A DNA stretch of 31,021 nt from a virus (Duplodnaviria > Caudoviricetes): positions 1 through 31,021 of IMG/VR virus record IMGVR_UViG_3300037045_000088. One strand, written 5' to 3'. This document shows, one piece after another, positions 7,638 to 16,320 of this stretch (its first letter is position 1; every line of letters begins with the position of its first letter). The notes below the pieces were generated by a model, which worked only from the letters and a program-made list of their open reading frames with translations, made no database searches and was not told where the DNA came from. A program made the position numbers and the translations under genes.

Positions 7638-8450
7638 ATGGCCAAGAAAGTTAGCACCGAAGATAAGAATAGGAGATACTATTGGCTTCAACTTAAAGAA
7701 GACTTTTTTGAAGAAGATACGATGAATTGGTTGGAAGAACAGGAGAATGGTAAGGACTATGTTTTATTCTATCTGAAGATGTGTGTTAAATCTCTTAGAA
7801 GTGATGGTGCTTTAATAAGAACTATAGGAGAAACAGTCATTCCATACGATGAAAAAGCATTGTCTAAGCTTACAAATACTAATATTGACATAGTTAGAGT
7901 AGCACTTGAAGTATTTCAGCATATAGGACTAATTAAGAGGTTAGAAACAGGAGAAATATTTTTAACGCAGATAAACGAATTAGTAGGAAATGAAACGATT
8001 TATGCAGAGAGAAAAAGGAAACAAAGAGCGCTTAAAAGACATAAGGGGGACATTGTCCCAACTTTGTCTGGACATCTGCCGAGAGAGATAGAGATAAAGA
8101 AAGATATAGATATAAAGATAGATAGTAGTACTAGTAGTGGTGATGAAATTAATAATGTTTCAGAAATAGCGAGAGCATATGAAGATGAAATAGGGATGAT
8201 AACTCCAATTATTTCAGAAGATGTAGATTTTTATTTAAAAGAGCTTCCAAAAGACATTATTATTAAGGCTATTCATTCGGCTTCTATGAGGAATGCCAAA
8301 AGTTGGATTTATGTTAAAGCAATTCTTGAAAGATGCATTAAGGAGAATATAAAAACAATAGCAGATTTTGATAGACGAACGAAAAAACCTGATAATATAG
8401 CAGCTGAAAATTCTAAAGACACAAAATATGCAGACATCTATAAAAATTAG
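7638..8450 (+). CDS. Replisome organiser / replication initiator (Phage_rep_org_N + DnaD-like C-term)
   Basis: RYYWLQLKEDFF..YLKM; C-term IIIKAI..NAKSWIYVKAILE. Confidence 0.9.
   Translation: MAKKVSTEDKNRRYYWLQLKEDFFEEDTMNWLEEQENGKDYVLFYLKMCVKSLRSDGALIRTIGETVIPYDEKALSKLTNTNIDIVRVALEVFQHIGLIKRLETGEIFLTQINELVGNETIYAERKRKQRALKRHKGDIVPTLSGHLPREIEIKKDIDIKIDSSTSSGDEINNVSEIARAYEDEIGMITPIISEDVDFYLKELPKDIIIKAIHSASMRNAKSWIYVKAILERCIKENIKTIADFDRRTKKPDNIAAENSKDTKYADIYKN
8045..8125. other. Probable replication origin inside initiator gene
   Basis: GGGACA-T-TGTCCC palindrome 8047-8059, TGTC-TG-GACA 8065-8074, then AGAT(A) purine-rich repeats. Confidence 0.65.
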
Positions 8451-8464
8451 CAAAGGAAAATACA

Positions 8465-8602
8465 ATGCAGGAGACTATAGAGAATGAATTAGAAATGATT
8501 AATAAATTAATTTTAAAAGCTTTAGAAGCTGGGGAAGACTTAAGTATATTGCTAGATCAAAAATACGAACTATTGAATGAAAAATATAGGTCCTTTAAAT
8601 AA
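8465..8602 (+). CDS. Hypothetical 45 aa protein
   Basis: AAAGGA RBS; MQETIENELEMINKLILKALEAG... Confidence 0.6.
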   Translation: MQETIENELEMINKLILKALEAGEDLSILLDQKYELLNEKYRSFK

Positions 8603-8632
8603 CAGGTAGTTAGAGGGACATAGGAGGAAAAC

Positions 8633-9334
8633 ATGGGAGAACTGAAAGAACTTTATAAAACGGAAATAGCCAAAGGGATAAGTATAAGACACCTATCTAT
8701 GAAAACCGGTATTAATACAAATACCTTATATTCATTCTGCAAGGCTCAATATGGGAAACAATTACCGACAAAAGAAAATTATTTAAAATTAGTGAATTAC
8801 TTTGGTCAAGAGATATTAATAAATGGAGAACCTATAATTTATCCGATAAACCATGATAGGGCCATTAGATTTCAAGATCAAGAAGAAAGCTTAAAATTCC
8901 AACAAGTATTAAATATCCTGGAGTTTAACGAAAGAACAATAATACCTAATTGCTTTGTAGGGCGTGAAGAAAGATTATTGGACTTATTGCTATTAATGGG
9001 GATTAAAGCTAAATATTGGTACATTGAAAATAATGGTTACCTGGAGAGAGTAGAAAATACAGCTGATCATATCGAAAAAGAAGAGATTCAAGAAATAGAG
9101 GAGGAAGTTATGGAAGAATATATTGAAAATGAAATAGTTGATGTAGGTTTAAATGATGATGATATAAATTTATCTGTAGATGGCGAGCTTAAAATCATGG
9201 CTGATTATCTAGTTGAAAAAGCCAAAGACAAACTCCTTGATAAATTTACTGAAGAGCATAAGAAAATTGAATCTCTAAAGAAAATGGACCCGTTAGATGT
9301 TATGAGAACTATTAGAGAAAATAGAATGTTATAG
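8633..9334 (+). CDS. Protein with N-terminal HTH and acidic linker
   Basis: GISIRHLSMKTGINTNTLYSF..PTKENYLKLVNYFG. Confidence 0.7.
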   Translation: MGELKELYKTEIAKGISIRHLSMKTGINTNTLYSFCKAQYGKQLPTKENYLKLVNYFGQEILINGEPIIYPINHDRAIRFQDQEESLKFQQVLNILEFNERTIIPNCFVGREERLLDLLLLMGIKAKYWYIENNGYLERVENTADHIEKEEIQEIEEEVMEEYIENEIVDVGLNDDDINLSVDGELKIMADYLVEKAKDKLLDKFTEEHKKIESLKKMDPLDVMRTIRENRML

Positions 9335-9335
9335 C

Positions 9336-9566
9336 TTGGGGGTAAGTGGATTGAAAACAGCTGAAGAAAAACATAAAAAACTATTTTTCAAAAGATTGCT
9401 AGATGATTTAGATAAAGCTAAAGAAAATGGGGATGTAGAAGAACTCTATAAAATGGGTAAGAACTATATCAAGATCATTGAGGTTCAGACCCAATTAAGC
9501 GAATCATATTATAAAAAATGGAAAAGAGAAGTTGAACAAAATACATTGGGGGTGAGTAATGATTGA
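9336..9566 (+). CDS. Hypothetical protein
   Basis: Tight operon packing; start uncertain. Confidence 0.6.
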   Translation: MGVSGLKTAEEKHKKLFFKRLLDDLDKAKENGDVEELYKMGKNYIKIIEVQTQLSESYYKKWKREVEQNTLGVSND

Positions 9567-9747
9567 AAGAATTTGTTGTTCTGTGTGTGAAAATTTACCA
9601 ATCAGAATAAAAATCCCAGGCTATAAGGCAATGTCAATTAGTGGCATAGATAGACCAGAAACTGAAATTATACTGAATGTTAACTATTGTCCCAACTGTG
9701 GCAGAAAACTCAGCGGGGTTCAATATGTGGAGGTAAAAGATGAGTGA
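9559..9747 (+). CDS. Zn-ribbon protein
   Basis: CSVC...NYCPNCGRKL. Confidence 0.75.
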   Translation: MIERICCSVCENLPIRIKIPGYKAMSISGIDRPETEIILNVNYCPNCGRKLSGVQYVEVKDE

Positions 9748-9973
9748 TGTTGTTAATAAAATATATAAAATAACTAAACTGATTAATTCAATATCTGATG
9801 ATGAGATGAAAGAATTAAAAGATATTGTAGATTCGCAATTAAATTATATACACCCATTTAAACATCAACAAGCCAAAAAGCAAAATGATTTAGGTAATCA
9901 TAATAAAATGGTTTATTATTTAATATCAAAATTGAGAGAATGTTTTAGCAAAGAGGTGCAAGATGGAAAATAA
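9740..9973 (+). CDS. Hypothetical protein
   Basis: GGAGGT RBS, overlapping neighbours. Confidence 0.7.
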   Translation: MSDVVNKIYKITKLINSISDDEMKELKDIVDSQLNYIHPFKHQQAKKQNDLGNHNKMVYYLISKLRECFSKEVQDGK

Positions 9974-10220
9974 ATATAAGTCAACTGTAGAACAAATGAA
10001 TAAACTAAAAAATCAATTTGTTGAACTAGGTAAAGCTATGCGTGAAGCATGTAAGCCTATATCAGATTTTATTACAGGACTTGCAAGCATACTAAAAGTT
10101 GATTATAAAAATTTCAATGACAAGAAAAACAAAAAGAACAATAAAAGACTTCATAGGATAAAAAGAAACTTAATGAGAAGAGGGACAGAAGATGAAAAAC
10201 ACATTAGGAGATCTAAATAA
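9963..10220 (+). CDS. Hypothetical basic protein
   Basis: GAGGTG RBS. Confidence 0.65.
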   Translation: MENKYKSTVEQMNKLKNQFVELGKAMREACKPISDFITGLASILKVDYKNFNDKKNKKNNKRLHRIKRNLMRRGTEDEKHIRRSK

Positions 10221-10422
10221 TCATTTATTTGCACAATTGGAAAGATTGGGGGATGAAGATCTAACAGAAGAGGAACTAATAAGAGAAATCAATAGATCTA
10301 AAGCAATAACAGATGTTGCTAATCAAATAGTATCTAACGGATCTTTAGTATTAAAAGCAAAGATGGCATATGATGAAACATTTGATGCTAATAAAGAAAA
10401 ACCAAAAATGTTAGAGGCATAA
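10192..10422 (+). CDS. Conserved phage protein typically preceding HNH genes
   Basis: MKNTLGDLNNHLFAQLERL..EINRSKAI..QIVSNG recognised from memory. Confidence 0.8.
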   Translation: MKNTLGDLNNHLFAQLERLGDEDLTEEELIREINRSKAITDVANQIVSNGSLVLKAKMAYDETFDANKEKPKMLEA

Positions 10423-10423
10423 A

Positions 10424-11038
10424 ATGGGAGCAAAGATTAACTATACTGATCAGCATAGGCAATTCCTTATTAGTTATATTCCTGGACATAGTTATAAAGA
10501 TATTATTGAGGCATTTAATAATAAATTCAATGATATGCAACTGACTGAATCACGAGTAAAGAACTTCACAAGGACTAACAAAATCTATACTGGAAGAACT
10601 GGTTATTTTGTTAAAGGTGGAGTGCCGGTGAATAAGGGTACCAAAGGAATCATGAAAGCTAATAAGACTAGTTTCAAGAAAGGTAATATTCCATCTAACA
10701 TAAAACCTATTGGTCATATAAGAGTAGATCGTGATGGGTTCCTATATCAAAAGATTCAAGATGGACATGGAGTAAAGAATTATAGAATGATTCATGTGAT
10801 GAATTGGGAAAAGGTGAATGGACCAGTACCTAAAGGACATAAATTAATATTTGCTGATAGAAATAGATCTAATGTCAGTGTTGATAATCTAATCCTGGTA
10901 TCATTTGCTCAGGCATTGATTCTAAATAGACAAGGGTTAATCTATAATGATAAAGATTTAACAGGTGCTGGCGTGAACATAGCTAAGTTACAAGAAAAGA
11001 TGTATTCAAAAATTAAAGCGAGTAGAGGGACAAAATAA
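10424..11038 (+). CDS. HNH endonuclease (HNH_3-like)
   Basis: TSFKKGNIP motif; IHVMNWEKVNGPVPKGHKLIFADRNRSNVSVDNLILVS. Confidence 0.85.
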   Translation: MGAKINYTDQHRQFLISYIPGHSYKDIIEAFNNKFNDMQLTESRVKNFTRTNKIYTGRTGYFVKGGVPVNKGTKGIMKANKTSFKKGNIPSNIKPIGHIRVDRDGFLYQKIQDGHGVKNYRMIHVMNWEKVNGPVPKGHKLIFADRNRSNVSVDNLILVSFAQALILNRQGLIYNDKDLTGAGVNIAKLQEKMYSKIKASRGTK

Positions 11039-11054
11039 AATCAGGGGGAAGTTA

Positions 11055-11459
11055 ATGGAAGCGGAATTATATTTAAAGCAGATAAGAAAGTTAGATATTG
11101 ATATTCAAGCAGATGAAGCCATTATTGAAAAACTCAGATGTGATGAATTAAAGTGTACTTCACAGTTATCAGATGTGCCTAGAGGGACAGGGGTTAAAGA
11201 TACTAAAAAAATATCAGATGCGAAGATGGATTTAGAAAGGACAGTTAGAGAAAATAAATTAAGACATCTGATTATGAGAAATAAAGCAATTGAAATGATA
11301 GAGACATTAGATCATCCAGGGATGAGGGCTATTTTAAAACAATATTACATTAACGGATTAACGCTAGAACAAACTGCTGTGGTTGTAGACTATTCTTGGA
11401 GACAAATGAATAGACTAAGAAAAAAGGCTATAAAGTTAATAAATATAAAGATGGCATAA
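11055..11459 (+). CDS. RinA/ArpU-like late transcription activator (sigma region-4-like HTH)
   Basis: ILKQYYINGLTLEQTAVVVDYSWRQMNRLRKKAI; last early gene before packaging module. Confidence 0.85.
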   Translation: MEAELYLKQIRKLDIDIQADEAIIEKLRCDELKCTSQLSDVPRGTGVKDTKKISDAKMDLERTVRENKLRHLIMRNKAIEMIETLDHPGMRAILKQYYINGLTLEQTAVVVDYSWRQMNRLRKKAIKLINIKMA

Positions 11460-11496
11460 AATGGCATAGAATGGCATAGTCTTGACATGATAAAGT
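11451..11496 (+). promoter_or_regulatory. Late promoter with three 10-bp tandem repeats
   Basis: ATGGCATA at 11451, 11461, 11471; TG-A-TAAAGT extended -10 at 11488-11496. Confidence 0.7.
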
Positions 11497-11559
11497 GTAA
11501 ACAAGGAAAGTTGAGAAACAGATGTGTACCTCCTTAGGTTAATTATAAAAAAAGAAAAG

Positions 11560-11594
11560 CAAAGAGCAGCTAGAATATATCTAGTTGCTCTTTG
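11560..11594. terminator. 15-bp stem-loop before HNH gene
   Basis: CAAAGAGCAGCTAGA / TCTAGTTGCTCTTTG. Confidence 0.6.
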
Positions 11595-11608
11595 TATTAA
11601 AGGTAAAA

Positions 11609-11953
11609 ATGAAGAGTATATCTCAATTGATAATAGATGGTGAGAAGAACAATTTTTATAAGTTGGCTGTCTATGGCTGGGAATCTTTAAGAGAAAGAAG
11701 ATTAGAGCTTGATAACTACGAATGCATGATGTGTAACGGTAGGTGGTCAGATGGTATACATAAGCCTGTAAAGATTCAGTTGAAGAGAGCTCAGGCAGTA
11801 CATCATATTAAATCATTAGAACTTTATCCTGAGCTTGCTAGAGATATTAATAACCTTATAAGTCTATGTAATACCTGTCACAATATTGTTGAAGGTAGAT
11901 ATAAAAAATGGGCATTCAAAGAAAAGAAATTTATTAGTGAGGAGAAGTGGTAA
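11609..11953 (+). CDS. Terminase-associated HNH endonuclease
   Basis: DNYECMMC..VHHIKSL..NLISLCNTCHN; located upstream of terS. Confidence 0.9.
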   Translation: MKSISQLIIDGEKNNFYKLAVYGWESLRERRLELDNYECMMCNGRWSDGIHKPVKIQLKRAQAVHHIKSLELYPELARDINNLISLCNTCHNIVEGRYKKWAFKEKKFISEEKW

Positions 11954-12363
11954 TGGTAATTTGTGTTTGTGGTTTAATAGGTGCTGGCAAGACAACATAT
12001 GCTTTAGAACATAAAGGTGATGATGATGTAATGCTTGATTATGATTATATTAGATCTGCATTAAAGATTAATAACTCTTCTATGGTAGCTAATACAATCA
12101 ATTGCATGATAGAAACAGCACTGATTAATAACTGTGGTAATACATGGTTAGTAAGAACTGTGCCTAAAAGAAATGAGATGCCATATATAGATAAATATAT
12201 TTTAATCAATACAGAAGAGAAGCAGTGCAAAGATAATTTAATTAAAGATCAAAGATTACCTAAGAATATTGATGAGGTGCAAGAAAAAATTAAAAAGCGG
12301 CTTAATGTATTAGATATTGAATATGAAATTGTAAATTTATTTAATACAAATGAAAAATGGTAA
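11953..12363 (+). CDS. Small P-loop NTPase/kinase (AAA_33-like)
   Basis: VICVCGLIGAGKTT Walker A; MLDYD; TAATG-coupled to HNH. Confidence 0.8.
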   Translation: MVICVCGLIGAGKTTYALEHKGDDDVMLDYDYIRSALKINNSSMVANTINCMIETALINNCGNTWLVRTVPKRNEMPYIDKYILINTEEKQCKDNLIKDQRLPKNIDEVQEKIKKRLNVLDIEYEIVNLFNTNEKW

Positions 12364-12380
12364 TTGTAAATTATAAAATG

Positions 12381-12468
12381 ATACCCCCGGTCAAATCTCA
12401 TAAATGAAAAGGCGATAAGGCGAACGTTTATGTGGAACTAGACTCGGGGGATAATCACTCGCGCGCAT
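12381..12468. other. Probable cos/packaging initiation region
   Basis: GC-rich non-coding stretch just upstream of terS; ATACCCCCGGTCAAA ... CTCGGGGGAT inverted repeat. Confidence 0.55.
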
Positions 12469-12486
12469 ATGAAAGGGGGTATACCT

Positions 12487-12810
12487 GTGAATAAAACAGA
12501 AAAAAGAGTAAAAGAAATAAAAGAATCACTGTTGGAGCAATTAAAAATGTTAAATATGACAGGTAATCACTACCTGGATATGATTGATGATTACTGTCAA
12601 TTGTTTAAACTAAGAGAAAAGTTAGAAGCTGATATAGATGAAAATGGAATTAGATATACAGTTGTAAATGGAAATGGTTTTGAATCGGAAAAACCAAATG
12701 AAAGTATTGGTAACAGAGTTAAAGTTAATGCTCAAATGTTGAAAATATTAGGAGATTTAAACTTAAAGCAACCTGATCAGAAGGGAAAGGCTAATGCCTA
12801 TAGGAAATGA
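12487..12810 (+). CDS. terS: Terminase small subunit (P27-like)
   Basis: HYLDMIDDYCQL..LEADIDENG..KPNESI..KVNAQMLKIL; GTG after AAGGGGGT. Confidence 0.88.
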   Translation: MNKTEKRVKEIKESLLEQLKMLNMTGNHYLDMIDDYCQLFKLREKLEADIDENGIRYTVVNGNGFESEKPNESIGNRVKVNAQMLKILGDLNLKQPDQKGKANAYRK

Positions 12811-14438
12811 TAAGGGTAAAAGAGATATCAGAATATATTAAACTCTGTAAAACTGCACCAATATCAAATGAAATCAGATTATTAATAGATAACATTGTAA
12901 AACCATTACTGGCAAGCAATGTTTTTTTTGACCGTAAAACATATAGAGAGTGCATAGAATATTGTGAGACCTGGTATTATCCATTATATCCTTATCAAAA
13001 ATTTATTTATGCTTTATTTTTTTTCTATGATGATAGTTCAAGAAACAGAACATGTTTTGATGAATTCTTTTTAATGATGGGAAGAGGTAATGGTAAAGAT
13101 GGAATGATAGCTCCTCTTTCAGACTTTCTGACAACACCTATGCATGGTATAGAAAATTATAATATAGAAATAATAGCGAATTCAGAAAAACAATCATATG
13201 GAACTTACGAAATTATTTACAAAAGAATGACTAAGGACTTAAATTTAACTAAAGAATCATTTAAGGTTTCTGTCGAGGAAACTATGAACTTAGATACACA
13301 ATCTATTGTTGGATTTAATTCAGGTAATCCAAGAACAGGTGATGGAAGAAGACCTGGTATGGTAGTTGTTAATGAAGTGCATGAAATGGAAAACTATAAA
13401 CTGATCAGTGTATATCAATCAGCTAGAGGTAAAGTGCCAAATCCAAGAACTGTGTATATAACAACAGATGGTGGAATAAGAGGTGCAGTTCTTGATGACT
13501 ATAAAGAATTTTCCAAAAAGGTTTTAAGGGGAGATATACCGAAGTCTAGGTTTTGTCCCATTATATATAAATTAGATACTGAGGAAGAAGTTAATAATCC
13601 TAAGATGTGGGTTAAAGCTAATCCATCAATGCCATATAGGCAAGTGTTAAAGGATGAGATTGAAGAGAGTTATTTAAAAATGAAACATCAGCCTCATTTA
13701 GAATTTGATTTTTATGTAAAACGAATGAATCTTCCACGTGAGAATGAAGAAAAGCTGTTTACAGCTTGGGAAAATGTTTTAGCTACAAATAGACCAATTC
13801 CAACTAATAATGGACTACCGGCAATATTTGCTATTGATTATGCAGAAATAAAGGACTTTGCATCTTGTGGATTTCTAACAAAGCCAGATGATTTTGTTTG
13901 GGAGCAACACTCCTGGGCTAATAAAAAATCACCTTATTTCAAATTCATAAAACCACCACTAGAAGAGTGGGCGGAAAAAGGAATATTAGATATCATTGAT
14001 GCTCCTATAATTGAACCTGATTTAATTTGGGATTATTTTTTTGAGAATTGTCAAAAATACAATGTAAGAATAATTGTAATGGATACATTCAGATATTGGA
14101 TCATGAAGGAAACTGCCGAGAAAAGAGGTCTTACCATTTATGATCCTAAAAAAAATCCATATGGAGAAATATTTTTAGTTAGAAGTGGTGAATTTAATTC
14201 AAGTATGATAGCACCAGTTTTAGATGAAATATTTTCTAATCAAAAAATGATATATGGAGATGATCCTTTGATGCGCTGGTATACAAATAATACTGGAGTA
14301 GAACAAACTAAAAAAGGTAACAAGAATTTTATAAAAATAGAACCAAAATTAAGAAAAAATGATGGATTCCAAGCTTTGACCCATGCTTTCTCAAAAGTAG
14401 AGCTATTAGAGGTTGAAGAATGGAATCCATTAATTTAG
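12807..14438 (+). CDS. terL: Terminase large subunit
   Basis: YPYQ, MGRGNGK Walker A, VVVNEVHE Walker B variant, ITTDG, WVKANPS, AIDYA, RKNDG. Confidence 0.96.
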   Translation: MIRVKEISEYIKLCKTAPISNEIRLLIDNIVKPLLASNVFFDRKTYRECIEYCETWYYPLYPYQKFIYALFFFYDDSSRNRTCFDEFFLMMGRGNGKDGMIAPLSDFLTTPMHGIENYNIEIIANSEKQSYGTYEIIYKRMTKDLNLTKESFKVSVEETMNLDTQSIVGFNSGNPRTGDGRRPGMVVVNEVHEMENYKLISVYQSARGKVPNPRTVYITTDGGIRGAVLDDYKEFSKKVLRGDIPKSRFCPIIYKLDTEEEVNNPKMWVKANPSMPYRQVLKDEIEESYLKMKHQPHLEFDFYVKRMNLPRENEEKLFTAWENVLATNRPIPTNNGLPAIFAIDYAEIKDFASCGFLTKPDDFVWEQHSWANKKSPYFKFIKPPLEEWAEKGILDIIDAPIIEPDLIWDYFFENCQKYNVRIIVMDTFRYWIMKETAEKRGLTIYDPKKNPYGEIFLVRSGEFNSSMIAPVLDEIFSNQKMIYGDDPLMRWYTNNTGVEQTKKGNKNFIKIEPKLRKNDGFQALTHAFSKVELLEVEEWNPLI

Positions 14439-14451
14439 AAAGGAGAAAAAA

Positions 14452-15594
14452 TTGGCATTTAGAATATTTAGAAATGGATTACAATTCAATCTTGATTCTA
14501 TAACTTCAGAATTGACAGAATTAGCAATTGAACGTGTGGCGATTTTAAAAGCAATTGAGTTATATGCGAATACATTTTCAAAATGCGAATTTCAATGGTA
14601 CGACAAGGATGGCAAGCGGCTAGCAGAACCCGAATACCTTTTGAACATAAGACCTAATATTAATCAAAATGCTACTGTATTTTGGCATGATACGATTGTA
14701 AAAATGTTTAGCGAAGGAGAAGCTCTAGTATTTCAAGGTAAGAATAAGGAGTTATATCTGGCGGATAGTTTTGATAAAAAACAAAGTCTATATTTTGATG
14801 ATATTTTTTCCAATATTAAATCTAGAAGCATACCAATAGCTTCAACATTCAACATGAGTGATGTTTTATTTTTTGAGCTTAATCAGGAATACAAAGAATT
14901 GATTAATATTCATTTCAAAAAACTTGGAAGTGTTGTTGATTATGCTGTTGAAGATTATAAACAAAGCAATGGTAAAAAGTATGCATTTTATATGCCTGCT
15001 TCATTTAACAGATCTGGAATCGGAAATACAGTTAGTGAAGAAGAATTGAAAAATAAGGCCCAAGAATATGTAGAAAAGATATTTAAAAAGCTATTTGAAT
15101 CTTTTAATGCAGTTATACCATTTCAAAAAGAAGAAAAGCTTGAAGAAATTGGAAAATCAACAGGTAAAAGTGTTACTGAAATAAAAACTTCTATTGAAAC
15201 AATATTTGAAGTTGTTGCTATTGGTCTTGGAATACCGATGGATATATTTTTTGGCAAAACAACAGAAAAATCAAAAGCTTTAGATGAATGGATAACATTA
15301 GAACTTGGAACAGTATTTGAACAATTTACTGATGAGGCAAACGCAAAGCTTATTACTAAAAATGATTATTTAAAAGGTGAAAGAATCAGTATTGATACTA
15401 CAAGGATTAAACATAGAGACGTACTTGACAGTGCAAATGATATTGATAAATTACATGCAAATGGCTTCACATTAAATGAAATTTTTGAACTGATGGGTAT
15501 GCCTAAAGATAAGAAAGATCCAAATTCAGACAAAAGATTTTTTACAAAGAATCAAGAAAAGTCAGTTGATAACAATATGAAAGGAGGTGAATAG
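14452..15594 (+). CDS. HK97-family portal protein
   Basis: YLLNIRPNINQNATVFW; IGLGIP; FTLNEI; position after terL. Confidence 0.92.
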   Translation: MAFRIFRNGLQFNLDSITSELTELAIERVAILKAIELYANTFSKCEFQWYDKDGKRLAEPEYLLNIRPNINQNATVFWHDTIVKMFSEGEALVFQGKNKELYLADSFDKKQSLYFDDIFSNIKSRSIPIASTFNMSDVLFFELNQEYKELINIHFKKLGSVVDYAVEDYKQSNGKKYAFYMPASFNRSGIGNTVSEEELKNKAQEYVEKIFKKLFESFNAVIPFQKEEKLEEIGKSTGKSVTEIKTSIETIFEVVAIGLGIPMDIFFGKTTEKSKALDEWITLELGTVFEQFTDEANAKLITKNDYLKGERISIDTTRIKHRDVLDSANDIDKLHANGFTLNEIFELMGMPKDKKDPNSDKRFFTKNQEKSVDNNMKGGE

Positions 15595-16299
15595 ATGAAT
15601 AAGGCAAGTAAATACTTAGTATTTCAGAAGGCGGAAAATGAAGCTGATATGACAGAGTTATTAATTTATGGTGACATTAGAAAAAAGGATTTCTATGATG
15701 AGTGGTATGGTGACGATGAAACAAGAACAGGTGCATTTGATTTTAAAGCTGAACTTGATTCACTTGAAACTAACAAGCTTAGAGTAAGAATTAATTCTTA
15801 TGGAGGTGAAGTTGCAGAAGGATTAGCTATTTACAATTTATTGAATAATTGGAAAGGAAAAGTTGAAACAATTGTTGATGGTTTTGCTTGTTCAGCAGCT
15901 AGTATTATTTTCATGGCTGGTGAAAGCAGAATAGTTCCTGAATCTGGATTAGTTATGATTCATAACGCGTGGACTTATGCTATGGGAGATAGCAATGCGA
16001 TGAGAAAAGCAGCTGATGATATAGAGAAAATAACTCAACCTAGTGTAAATATCTATGTTAGCAAAACTGGGTTATCAGAATTACAAATAAAAGACATGAT
16101 GGATAAAGAAACTTGGATAACATCGGATGAAGCATTACAAATGGGATTTGCTACGAGTGTATCAGTTGATAATACTGCACTGCAATCATTTGAAAGTCAG
16201 AATTTCCACAATCTAGTAATGAAAATGAAGGCTATGGAAAAAGAATTTAAAAATAAAAAAATAGAACCAGAGAATCCTTGGAATGGATTCTTTAGATAA
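15595..16299 (+). CDS. ClpP-type prohead protease
   Basis: RINSYGGEV, ACSAAS, MIHNAW, ETWITSDEA. Confidence 0.95.
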   Translation: MNKASKYLVFQKAENEADMTELLIYGDIRKKDFYDEWYGDDETRTGAFDFKAELDSLETNKLRVRINSYGGEVAEGLAIYNLLNNWKGKVETIVDGFACSAASIIFMAGESRIVPESGLVMIHNAWTYAMGDSNAMRKAADDIEKITQPSVNIYVSKTGLSELQIKDMMDKETWITSDEALQMGFATSVSVDNTALQSFESQNFHNLVMKMKAMEKEFKNKKIEPENPWNGFFR

Positions 16300-16320
16300 A
16301 AATGAAAAGGAGAAAATAAA

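Noticed and set aside
8235-8465. Minus-strand ORFs here and at 12045, 18724, 19882, 24639, 25310, 25730, 27902, 29863
   Set aside because: Antisense to well-supported genes; no RBS or motif noticed.
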